NCBI GenBank assembly: GCA_016794125.1 | Contig: JAEUKT010000004.1 | Location: 133,460-197,459 of the forward strand | Origin: Alphaproteobacteria bacterium | Lineage (GTDB): Bacteria; Pseudomonadota; Alphaproteobacteria; Micavibrionales; UBA2020 | Direction: 5' to 3' | Length of the DNA stretch: 64,000 bases | Shown: in pieces, positions 28,181-35,970 of the stretch | Position numbering within the stretch: the first letter of the stretch is position 1 | How the letters are laid out: each line of letters opens with the position of its first letter | Notes under the pieces: model-generated | The model's database searches: none | Told to the model about the DNA's origin: nothing | The model's input: only the letters and a program-made list of their open reading frames with translations | Program-made: the position numbers and the translations under genes

Positions 28181-29884
28181 TCAATTTTCCTGCGACATCC
28201 ACTGGCGAATGACCGAAACGGTTTCATTCGGGTGGTTGGTCACGAGGTCTGAAATTTTCTGCACCGACGAGGCCTTTACTTTTCCCTCGACCGACGACAT
28301 GTCGATCATGGATTCAAGCTCCGACGGGCCGCTGATCATGCCGGCTGTGCCGCCGGGGCCTGCCAGCTGCGCCTGTTGCGGGCCGCCGGCCAGCATCGGC
28401 GCATCGCCGCCGCCTTCGCCTGCCGTGCGCGGAGCGCGGGCAGCAGCCGCAAAATGTATCGCCAGCGGGCGCAGGACGAGCAGGATCACAAGGATCGCCA
28501 CAAGGCTGAGCGCCATTGTTTCCGCCATGCCGAGGATGTCGGATTTGGGGAAGCCGAAAATGGTGTCGTTGGCGACGGGCGAGGGGTCGAACATCTCGCT
28601 CTGCGCGAACTGCATGTTGACGACCTCGACCGTGTCGCCGCGGCTTTCGTCGTAACCGACCGCCGATTTGACGAGCGACGCGATCTTGGCGAGTTCATCC
28701 GCCGAGCGGGGCGTGTATTTCATCGGCGCAGCCCAGTCGGCGGGCGCATCTTTCGGTTTTTGCGCGGCGGTATCGGGCGCATAGCTGCCATCGACGAGGA
28801 CGGAGATGGAAAGCTTTTCAATCTCGCCGCCTTCGCGCACGAGCGTCTCCACCGTCTTGGTGATTTCGTAGTTCGTGGTTTCCTCGGTGCGGTTATTTTT
28901 TGAACCGGCCTGAGCGGCATTGCCGCCGTTCGGCAGGCCGGGCAGGTTGTTGGCGACTGTGACCGCGCCGTTGCCGTTCGACGAAGCGGAGGTGTCGGAA
29001 TTTTCTTCCGTCACGCTCTGTGTCGAGCGCACGACCTGGCCGTCGGGGTTATAGCTTTCGGAATTGCGGTTCAGCACGTCGAAATTCATCTTGGCGGTGA
29101 CGGCGGCGCGGACTTTTTCAAAGCCGACCACGCGGCCCACGATATCTTCGATCGACGCCTTGGTGCGGGTTTCATAGGTTTTGCGCATGTCGTCGGCGTT
29201 GCGGCTCAGGCTGTCGCGGCTTTGCTCGTCCTCGGCGCGGGCAAGCACGTTGCCGCTCTGGTCGACGACGGCGACGGAATTGGCCTTCAATTGCGGCACG
29301 GCGGCGGCCACTAGCTGGCGGATCGCCATGATCTGTTCGTTGCCGATATTGCCGGGGCTGCGCAGGTTCACGAAAACCGAAGCCGAAGCGGGCTGGCGGT
29401 CGCGGCTGAACAGTTCGCGCTGCGGCAGCACCAGCTGCACGCGGGCGGAGCGTACCTGGTCGATCATGCCGATGGTGCGGGCAAGCTCGCCCTCCAGCGC
29501 ACGCTTCGCCATGCTGTTTTGCTCGAAGCTCGTGACGCCGAACTTGCCTTTCTGGTCATACAACTCGTTGCCCATCGCGCCGTTGCGGGGCAGGCCTTCG
29601 GCCAGCAGCAGCATTTTGGCGCGGGCGATATCCTTGTGCGGAACCGAAATTTTGGTGCCGTCGTCGCTCAAGGCATACGGGATGCTGGAATTATCCAGCT
29701 TGGCGGAAATTTCCGTCGCGTCGGATATCGACAACCCGTTGTAAAGCGGGCTGAGCGAAGGGGCGCTTGAGCGTACGGCGATAAAGACGAAGAAGATGAT
29801 CAGGCCAAAGAAGGTGGCCAGCATCATGATCAGGCGTCCGGGACCCAAATTTTTCAGCGATTCCAGTAACGAATCCAAAGTCAT
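28181..29884 (-). CDS. fliF: Flagellar MS-ring protein FliF
   Basis: N-terminal TM segment, YscJ/FliF domain (LY.GLS..DA.EI...L), C-terminal TM segment. Confidence 0.95.
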   Translation of the reverse strand: MTLDSLLESLKNLGPGRLIMMLATFFGLIIFFVFIAVRSSAPSLSPLYNGLSISDATEISAKLDNSSIPYALSDDGTKISVPHKDIARAKMLLLAEGLPRNGAMGNELYDQKGKFGVTSFEQNSMAKRALEGELARTIGMIDQVRSARVQLVLPQRELFSRDRQPASASVFVNLRSPGNIGNEQIMAIRQLVAAAVPQLKANSVAVVDQSGNVLARAEDEQSRDSLSRNADDMRKTYETRTKASIEDIVGRVVGFEKVRAAVTAKMNFDVLNRNSESYNPDGQVVRSTQSVTEENSDTSASSNGNGAVTVANNLPGLPNGGNAAQAGSKNNRTEETTNYEITKTVETLVREGGEIEKLSISVLVDGSYAPDTAAQKPKDAPADWAAPMKYTPRSADELAKIASLVKSAVGYDESRGDTVEVVNMQFAQSEMFDPSPVANDTIFGFPKSDILGMAETMALSLVAILVILLVLRPLAIHFAAAARAPRTAGEGGGDAPMLAGGPQQAQLAGPGGTAGMISGPSELESMIDMSSVEGKVKASSVQKISDLVTNHPNETVSVIRQWMSQEN

Positions 29885-29988
29885 TCTCCCCTTGCTTTGA
29901 CGTCACTCAAAGAAGGGAGTCCGGGCGTTGATATATAGTAGAAAACCCGAAACCCCACTTCTCAACAGTAACCAATTTTTACCGACTA

Positions 29989-30001
29989 GGCAAATTTTGC
30001 C
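29989..30001. promoter_or_regulatory. 13-bp palindrome GGCAAATTTTGCC upstream of fliF (candidate FlbD/enhancer-type site)
   Basis: Perfect 6-bp arms. A near-identical copy, GGCAAATATTGCC, lies at 42007-42019 in the flgI/fliX intergenic region. Confidence 0.4.
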
Positions 30002-30214
30002 CGATAGTTTTCCCAAGTTTTTCAGCCGGTATGGCATAAATCCCCAATAATCAATTGATATATATTGCTTTTCTTCGTTTTAAATATGCAAGGATCATGC
30101 AAAATATCGTTTACTTACTTCATCTTAAACAAATTTCATTGATATCCCGATAATAAACGATTGGTTTTTAAGGGCATTTTAGCAAGAGGGTGGAGTAAAT
30201 AAATCGACTGAGGG

Positions 30215-30230
30215 TTAATAAAGTATTAAC
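30215..30230. promoter_or_regulatory. Perfect CtrA box TTAA-N7-TTAAC in the fliF / flaG divergent region
   Basis: TTAATAAAGTATTAAC read directly. A one-mismatch box (TTAAGGGCATTTTAGC) lies at 30168-30183 and a TAACCAT motif near 30258. Confidence 0.6.
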
Positions 30231-30362
30231 AAGTAAATACAGTATTAATGATTAAGTAACCATTTGAATGATTTGTATTTTTTACTTGCAATTATTGCGT
30301 GTTACTGTAAGATAAGAATTGTAGGAGTAGATTTTAAGCTCGTGCGATAGGAATCATAGGAT

Positions 30363-30806
30363 ATGATTGAATCTATTAGCACATTGTCGGTCCAAAGTTC
30401 CGTTCTGAGGTATCAACCTCAGAGCAATACGGATTCGGCACAAATTACTCCGGCCGTGAGCGCGCCGGAGCTCGGCACCTCGCGCATCCGTGTCGACAAC
30501 CTTCAGAATATCGCGATCCTGGAAGTCATCTCCGAAGAAGGCGATGTCATCCGCCAGTATCCGAGTGAATCGCAGATCAAGGCGTTCAAACGGGCCGAAA
30601 GTCTTATCCCGGCTTCCGATAATACTGCGCCGCAAATCACCGCCGACAAAGCCAAGCAGGCGAACGGCTTTGCCGTTTCCGCGCCGGATGAAGGCGGGAC
30701 GGCACCGGCGCCTCAAGCGCGCAGCTTCGCGGCACCGCAAACTTATGCGCCGTCCGGCAATGCAGGTGGCACGACATCTCAGCCAACGCAGAGCCTGATC
30801 GCCTGA
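30363..30806 (+). CDS. flaG: FlaG-family flagellar protein
   Basis: RIRVDNLQNIAILEVISEEGDVIRQYPSESQIKAF matches the FlaG core (...V.D..TGEVIRQIP.EE.L..). Confidence 0.65.
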   Translation: MIESISTLSVQSSVLRYQPQSNTDSAQITPAVSAPELGTSRIRVDNLQNIAILEVISEEGDVIRQYPSESQIKAFKRAESLIPASDNTAPQITADKAKQANGFAVSAPDEGGTAPAPQARSFAAPQTYAPSGNAGGTTSQPTQSLIA

Positions 30807-30826
30807 TTTTCCTTTGATATGTGGAT

Positions 30827-31285
30827 TTATGCTTCGCTGTCGATCGGCTTTGTATCGGCCTTGGACGGTTGCGCGTCGGGTTTCGCGCCCGCCGGTTTTT
30901 TCAGCACGCCGGCGGCGATGTTGCGGTTGATGTCGATCAGCGCCTGAATTTTGTCGGGATTGGTGTCAGCCAGCAGTTCCAGCGTCCGCTTGAAAATGAA
31001 CAGCGCCAGCGTTGCAATGTTGTTCTTGATTTCCTGGGGCAGGGGATGGTCGGGGTTCATCGTGTCGCTGACGAACACCTGCCAGAGCTTCTGGTTGTAT
31101 TCCAAAATCTCGCCGCGCTCCGCCACGCGCACGTTTTCGCCGCCGCGCAGGCGGTTGGCGAGGTCTTCCAGTTTCGACGCGGCCTTCAGCAGGATTTTGC
31201 CTTCAAGGGCGCGGGGGTCGTTCGCCGTCGCGGTCGCGCCATAGGCGTTGACGGCGGCACCGTAAGGGTTTTGCGGATTAGACAC
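30827..31285 (-). CDS. flaF: Flagellin synthesis regulator FlaF
   Basis: AYG...PRALEGKILLKAA..L, NQKLWQVF and PLPQEIKNNIATLALFIFKRT match the FlaF pattern. A GTG at 31285 overlaps the flbT stop; the alternative ATG is at 31306. Confidence 0.8.
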   Translation of the reverse strand: MSNPQNPYGAAVNAYGATATANDPRALEGKILLKAASKLEDLANRLRGGENVRVAERGEILEYNQKLWQVFVSDTMNPDHPLPQEIKNNIATLALFIFKRTLELLADTNPDKIQALIDINRNIAAGVLKKPAGAKPDAQPSKADTKPIDSEA

Positions 31286-31661
31286 TGGCCAGCAACTCCC
31301 GTTCATGTTCCATCAGGTTTCGCGCTTCTTTCATCGCCTTGTAATAGCGGTTGGCAAGAATGTGGTCGTTGATGACCATGAAGAAGGTGGCGGTGGACGG
31401 CGCGGCGTTCTGGATGTCCCGGATCTGCTGGAAATAAACCTCGTGCAGTTTTTCGGGCTCCGATGACAGGTACATCAGCTGGATGGTGAAATAGATGCGC
31501 TTGCAGGGGCTGTTCGCATCCGCCTCGCGCATGATGTCTTTCTCCCGCAGGATCGGAGATTCGCCTTCGATATGCAGGCGTGTACGGTTCGCGTCGTTGG
31601 TGATCAGCGCGCCGCCGATGATGATCCGTTCCTGGGGTTTTAAGTCGATGATGAGTGCCAC
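31278..31661 (-). CDS. flbT: Flagellin translational repressor FlbT
   Basis: MALIIDLKPQERIIIGGALITN...ILREKDIM is a typical FlbT N-terminus. Confidence 0.85.
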   Translation of the reverse strand: MALIIDLKPQERIIIGGALITNDANRTRLHIEGESPILREKDIMREADANSPCKRIYFTIQLMYLSSEPEKLHEVYFQQIRDIQNAAPSTATFFMVINDHILANRYYKAMKEARNLMEHERELLASV

Positions 31662-31731
31662 GAGTTTCTCTCCTTGGTCTTGATGAAGGGGGATTCTCCC
31701 GCCGTTTTTACAGTTACCATCTTGGCAGCAA

Positions 31732-31739
31732 ATGGTTAA
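31732..31739 (-). promoter_or_regulatory. TTAACCAT motif (alternative CtrA recognition octamer) ~70 nt upstream of flbT
   Basis: The reverse complement of ATGGTTAA reads TTAACCAT. It is a short motif, so the evidence is weak on its own. Confidence 0.3.
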
Positions 31740-31764
31740 TAAATCGTGTCTTTATCGCGCGCCG

Positions 31765-31800
31765 CAAAAAAGAACCGGCGGCTTTTTTAAGGCCGCCGGT
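31765..31800 (-). terminator. Rho-independent terminator after flagellin
   Basis: On the minus strand: ACCGGCGGCC-loop-GCCGCCGGT followed by TCTTTTTTG. Confidence 0.8.
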
Positions 31801-31828
31801 CTTTTTAAGCTTTTGTCTATCCTGACGA

Positions 31829-32656
31829 TTAACCGAACAGGCGGAGAACCGCTTGGTTCGACTGCGAAGCCAAGGACAGAGAGGTGATGCCAAGCTGCTG
31901 GGTCGTTTGCAGAGACAGCAGTTTCGCGCCTTCCTCGTTCTTGTCGGCGACGGTCAGTTTGTCAGAGCCTTCTTTCAGAACGTTGATCAGGTTCTGGGTG
32001 AAGTCCTGGCGGGTCTGGATGATGTTCAGGCTGGTACCGAACGAAGCGGCCGTGTTACGGACGGTCGTCAAGTCTGCAGCGATTGCATCCAGCGTAGCCT
32101 GGGTTGCGGTTGTATCAGCCCATGTACCGCCCGTTGCCGCGACGGTCAGGTCGTTACCAACAGTCAGGTCGGCACCGGTGATGTCGAGGGTGGAGTCGCC
32201 CGCTTCGTTGAAGGTCACCGACAGGGTCGATGCGCCGGCAACGAGGTTCGAGCCGCGATAGCCGGAGTCGCCAGCCAGGTCGTCGATCTGATTGAGGACT
32301 TCGTCAAAGCTGGCTGCCAGGGTGGTAACGTCAGCGGTCGGATCGGCGTTCAGCTGGTCCTGTGCTTCCTGGGCGATAGCTTGCGCCTGCTCGAGGAAGC
32401 TCGTGATCTGCTTGATACCTTCGTCAGCTGCTTTCAGCACCTGGATCGCCTGGCCCTGGCCGTCCAGGAGACGGTTCAGGTCATTCGCGCGGTTGGTCAG
32501 GGATTGCGAAGCGAAGAACGCGCTGGGGTTATCCAGAGCGCTGTTAACTTTCAAGCCCGTTGCAAGACGGAGCTGGGTAGAGTCGAGAAGTTTTTGGGTG
32601 CCCTGAAGGCTCAGGAGGTTCGAGCGAAGGGCGGCAGTGAGAGTAACGTCAGCCAT
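31829..32656 (-). CDS. Flagellin (short, ~275 aa, Caulobacter-type)
   Basis: The N-terminus LRSNLLSLQGTQKLLDSTQLRLATGLKVNSALDNPSAFF and the C-terminus QQLGITSLSLASQSNQAVLRLFG are canonical flagellin D0/D1 segments. Confidence 0.95.
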   Translation of the reverse strand: MADVTLTAALRSNLLSLQGTQKLLDSTQLRLATGLKVNSALDNPSAFFASQSLTNRANDLNRLLDGQGQAIQVLKAADEGIKQITSFLEQAQAIAQEAQDQLNADPTADVTTLAASFDEVLNQIDDLAGDSGYRGSNLVAGASTLSVTFNEAGDSTLDITGADLTVGNDLTVAATGGTWADTTATQATLDAIAADLTTVRNTAASFGTSLNIIQTRQDFTQNLINVLKEGSDKLTVADKNEEGAKLLSLQTTQQLGITSLSLASQSNQAVLRLFG

Positions 32657-32742
32657 GGCATGTTCCTTTTCTAGGTTGATGCATTTATGTATTAAGACCT
32701 CGGGATACTCCCTCAGCCATAAATCATCTTCTCATGGGGGTA

Positions 32743-32758
32743 GTTAACAAATGGTTTA
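32743..32758 (-). promoter_or_regulatory. CtrA-like box (TAAA-N7-TTAAC, one mismatch) ~90 nt upstream of flagellin
   Basis: The minus strand reads TAAACCATTTGTTAAC. Confidence 0.3.
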
Positions 32759-32822
32759 TCTCGCTTAAAATGTTGGATAAATTGTATGCAGCTGAAAATT
32801 CAGGGTAATTTGACGCTGTCAA

Positions 32823-34301
32823 CTATTGCAAGCCAAGTGCGTGGATAAGCGGTGCGAGGTGCGGCGTGTATGCACGGCCTTTTCCAACCGAATCTCCATA
32901 AAGCGGCTGCCTGACCTGACTGGCGCTGGCGGTTTTGACCTGCCGTTCGGTTTTGTGGAAGGAAAGGCAGGCGTCATTCCACGGCAGGCCGCAATATTCC
33001 AGCAGCTTGCGCGTCCCGGTTTCCTGATCCGCGATCATGGCTTCGTAATTGGCTGTGTAAATTTTTCCGGGGAACAGCTTTTCCCAATGCGCCATCAGTT
33101 TTTGATAGCTGCGCATATACCTGCCGATATCGCCAAGGTCGTGGGCCCAGGGCATCAACCTGTCCGAAAAATATGTCTGCCAGATCGACAGCCCGCAATC
33201 GAGCGGGTCGCGCGTGCAGTGGATAATTTTTGCGCATGGCAAGGCGCGCAGGATAACGCCGACCCACAGGTAATTGAAAAGCATTTTGTCGGTCACGCGC
33301 ATCGCCGCGCTGTGTGTGCGGGCCAGATATTTTTGCGCAATCGCATCAAGAGCGGCGGAATCAAGGCTGTCCATGAACGCGCGCCCGATCGTGGGCACGC
33401 CGGCGCCTGCGCTGCCGGGGGCTTCGGCATTCGCAAAAAACGGCATGCTGTCTTGCAGGAACGACGCTTCGCCGACCCCCTGCACATCGGGATGGCTGCA
33501 CAATATCTGGTCGATCAATGTGGAGCCGGAGCGGGGCAGGCCGACGATAAAAACCGGCTGTTCGCTGCTGCATGTGCCGGCGGTTGCGGCGTCTGACAGG
33601 CCGATAACGGTGTCTATGTAATGATCGAAGAGGGCGGCATCGTAACGCGATGTGCTTTTCCTGATTTTATGCGCCGCCGCGTAATGCGCGAAAGCGTGAT
33701 CGGTGTCGCCTGCCGTCATATATGCCTGCGCGAGCGTGTATTCCAGCACGGCCTGCTGCTGCGCGGGGAGCTTTGCGGCGTTTTTGTGCAGGCCCAGCAG
33801 CGCGGCGCGTTCGGGCGAGCCGGCGGCAAAATTTTTCAGTTGCCCCAGCCCGTGATAGGCTGCAATCAAATCCGGCTGTTTGCGGACCGCATCGGTAAAA
33901 CAGGCGATTGCCGGATCGCGCAATCCGGCCTCGCGATATAAAACACCCAGCCTGTTAAGGACGGGGGCGGCGGGATTGCAGTCGCGGGCGCGCCTTGCAA
34001 GCTCAAGCCCGGCATCCCGCGCGCCCGCATCCATGCGCAGCCGCGCAAGCGCCGTCAACGCGTTGGCGTTGCGCGGGTCGGCATTGATGACGGCTTCCAA
34101 CATTGTGGCTGCTTCGGCGGGCGATGCATGCATCAGCATCAGCCCAAGCTCCAGCAGCACGGCGGTATTATCGGGCTCCAGCTGCAGGAAAAGGCGGCAG
34201 GCCGTCTCCGCTTCCGCTTGGCGGCCTTGCTGCAGAAAACCGCGCGCGTTTTTCAGCGTCGCCGCCGCTTTTTTTGCATCTTTTTCGAGTTGCGCGCTCA
34301 A
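32823..34301 (-). CDS. TPR-repeat + sulfotransferase-domain protein (paralog B)
   Basis: N-terminal TPR repeats. GLPRSGSTLIDQILCSHP (PAPS 5'-phosphosulfate-binding loop) and a sulfotransferase C-terminal half. A likely TTG start overlaps the upstream stop (TTGA); the longer 580-aa track ORF overlaps paralog A. Confidence 0.75.
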   Translation of the reverse strand: MSAQLEKDAKKAAATLKNARGFLQQGRQAEAETACRLFLQLEPDNTAVLLELGLMLMHASPAEAATMLEAVINADPRNANALTALARLRMDAGARDAGLELARRARDCNPAAPVLNRLGVLYREAGLRDPAIACFTDAVRKQPDLIAAYHGLGQLKNFAAGSPERAALLGLHKNAAKLPAQQQAVLEYTLAQAYMTAGDTDHAFAHYAAAHKIRKSTSRYDAALFDHYIDTVIGLSDAATAGTCSSEQPVFIVGLPRSGSTLIDQILCSHPDVQGVGEASFLQDSMPFFANAEAPGSAGAGVPTIGRAFMDSLDSAALDAIAQKYLARTHSAAMRVTDKMLFNYLWVGVILRALPCAKIIHCTRDPLDCGLSIWQTYFSDRLMPWAHDLGDIGRYMRSYQKLMAHWEKLFPGKIYTANYEAMIADQETGTRKLLEYCGLPWNDACLSFHKTERQVKTASASQVRQPLYGDSVGKGRAYTPHLAPLIHALGLQ

Positions 34302-35818
34302 GCGCCTTCTTTCAGCGACTGCATGAGCGGCTGCAGATATTCTTCGTATTTTTTCCAGCGCGCGACGGAGCCTGTGTAAAGGCCCTGACGCACCTGTGCC
34401 GAGCTTGCGGTGATGACGGGGCGGTCGGTTTCGTGGAATTTCAGGCAGCGTTCGTCCCAGGGCAGGCCGCAGAATTCCAGCAGGCGGCGGGTTTCCGTTT
34501 CCTGCTGGGCGACCATCGTTTCGTAATTCGCCTCGAATATCTGGCCGGGGAACAGGCGGTTCCAATGCGACATCAATTTGGCATAGGCGCTGAAATACCT
34601 GCCCAGATCGCGCTGGTCGTATGCCCAGAAAAGGTCGGCATTGAACATCCGCTGCCAGATCGACAGGCCGATATCCATCGGGTCGCGCGTGCAGTGGATG
34701 ATTTTTGCATTCGGCAGCGCAAGGCGGATAATGCCGACAAGGAAGAAATTGAAAAGCATCTTGTCCGACAGCATGGCGCCTTCCCTGGCATAAGGGTCGG
34801 TCTGTTGCAGGTATTTTTTTGCGATCCCGTCCAGCATCTCGCCGGACAGGTTGTCGATCAGTTGCTTTGTGATCGTCGCCTCGGCCGCGGCGAACAGCTG
34901 CGGCACCTCTGCATTCGGATAGAAGGGCAGGCTGGTCTTCAGGAAGCTGACCTCGCCCATCGCGGCCATCTGCGGATGGCTTGAAAGAATCTGCTCCGTC
35001 AGCGTGGAGCCGGAGCGCGGCATGCCGACGATGAAAACCGGCCGCGCGGACGATACCGAGCCCGCACCTGAAAACTTCTGCACCAGTTCAGGTGTGAATA
35101 GCGCGATGATGGTGTCGATGTACTTTTCCACCATGTCGATCGTGATGTGCTTGTGCACAAGGCGCTGCAGGCGGTTGCCGGTGGCGTAATGGTCAAATGC
35201 TTCCGCCGCATGCCCCGTGTCCAGCATCGCTTTGCCAAGCGCGAATTCCAGCTTGATGCGCTGCGCATCGGGCAGGCCGCCGGCGCGGCCGCCCAGCGCG
35301 GTCAGGCTCTTGAAATCCGGATCTTCCTGCCTGAATTTCTTCATGGTCGAAAGGGTGTAGTATGCGTCGATGTTGCCGGGGTCTTGCGCAACCGCGCGCT
35401 CCGCCATCTGTGTGGCCGCGGGAATGTCTCCCGCCCTGCGCATGATGATCGAGGTGCGCAGCTGTATAAAAGGCGCGTTCGACATGCCGGCGGCGCGGAT
35501 CGCCAGTTCACGCGCCTCCGCCGTCGAGCCCAGTTCGAGGCAGACAGCGGCAAGCGCGGTCATCGCCTCCAGGTCATCGGGAGCGGTATGCAGCATGCGC
35601 CTAAAGCAGTATTCGGCATCGCTGTATTGCGCCAGCTGTCGGTGTATCTGGCCAAGATTATAAAGCGCGGGCAGCAGGTCCGGTGTATAGCCCAGCAGCA
35701 CCTGATAAGCGCGCATCGCTTCGGGGATTCGGCGTGCGTTGCGCAGGTCGTCCGCCGTTTTCAGCATTGCGCGGATGTCGGGGGTGGTGGTTTTGGTGGT
35801 TTTTGGTTTCTTTGCCAT
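34298..35818 (-). CDS. TPR-repeat + sulfotransferase-domain protein (paralog A)
   Basis: The MAKKPKTT start has an AGGAAGG SD. TPR repeats, then GMPRSGSTLTEQILSSHP. Collinear with paralog B. Confidence 0.8.
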   Translation of the reverse strand: MAKKPKTTKTTTPDIRAMLKTADDLRNARRIPEAMRAYQVLLGYTPDLLPALYNLGQIHRQLAQYSDAEYCFRRMLHTAPDDLEAMTALAAVCLELGSTAEARELAIRAAGMSNAPFIQLRTSIIMRRAGDIPAATQMAERAVAQDPGNIDAYYTLSTMKKFRQEDPDFKSLTALGGRAGGLPDAQRIKLEFALGKAMLDTGHAAEAFDHYATGNRLQRLVHKHITIDMVEKYIDTIIALFTPELVQKFSGAGSVSSARPVFIVGMPRSGSTLTEQILSSHPQMAAMGEVSFLKTSLPFYPNAEVPQLFAAAEATITKQLIDNLSGEMLDGIAKKYLQQTDPYAREGAMLSDKMLFNFFLVGIIRLALPNAKIIHCTRDPMDIGLSIWQRMFNADLFWAYDQRDLGRYFSAYAKLMSHWNRLFPGQIFEANYETMVAQQETETRRLLEFCGLPWDERCLKFHETDRPVITASSAQVRQGLYTGSVARWKKYEEYLQPLMQSLKEGA

Positions 35819-35885
35819 GGCTGCCGCCTTCCTGATGCGGATAGTCGGCCAGCCGTCAGGCGGAATCAAGTCCAAAAATGAAGCC

Positions 35886-35927
35886 AAAAAATCAGGGGCT
35901 CCCCGGCTTTCTGCCAGCGGAGCCCCC
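35886..35927 (-). terminator. Rho-independent terminator after flgE
   Basis: Minus strand: GGGGGCTCC...GGGGAGCCCC then TGATTTTTTGG. A second hairpin (CCTTCCCC/GGGGAAGG) lies just upstream. Confidence 0.7.
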
Positions 35928-35970
35928 GTGCCTTCCCCCTTGTCGGAAGGGGAAGGGTATTATTCCTTTA

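Noticed and set aside
32823-34565. Full 580-aa reading of sulfotransferase paralog B
   Set aside because: Its first ~88 codons overlap paralog A in another frame and are Pro/Arg/Gly-rich. Homology to paralog A begins near the TTG at 34301.
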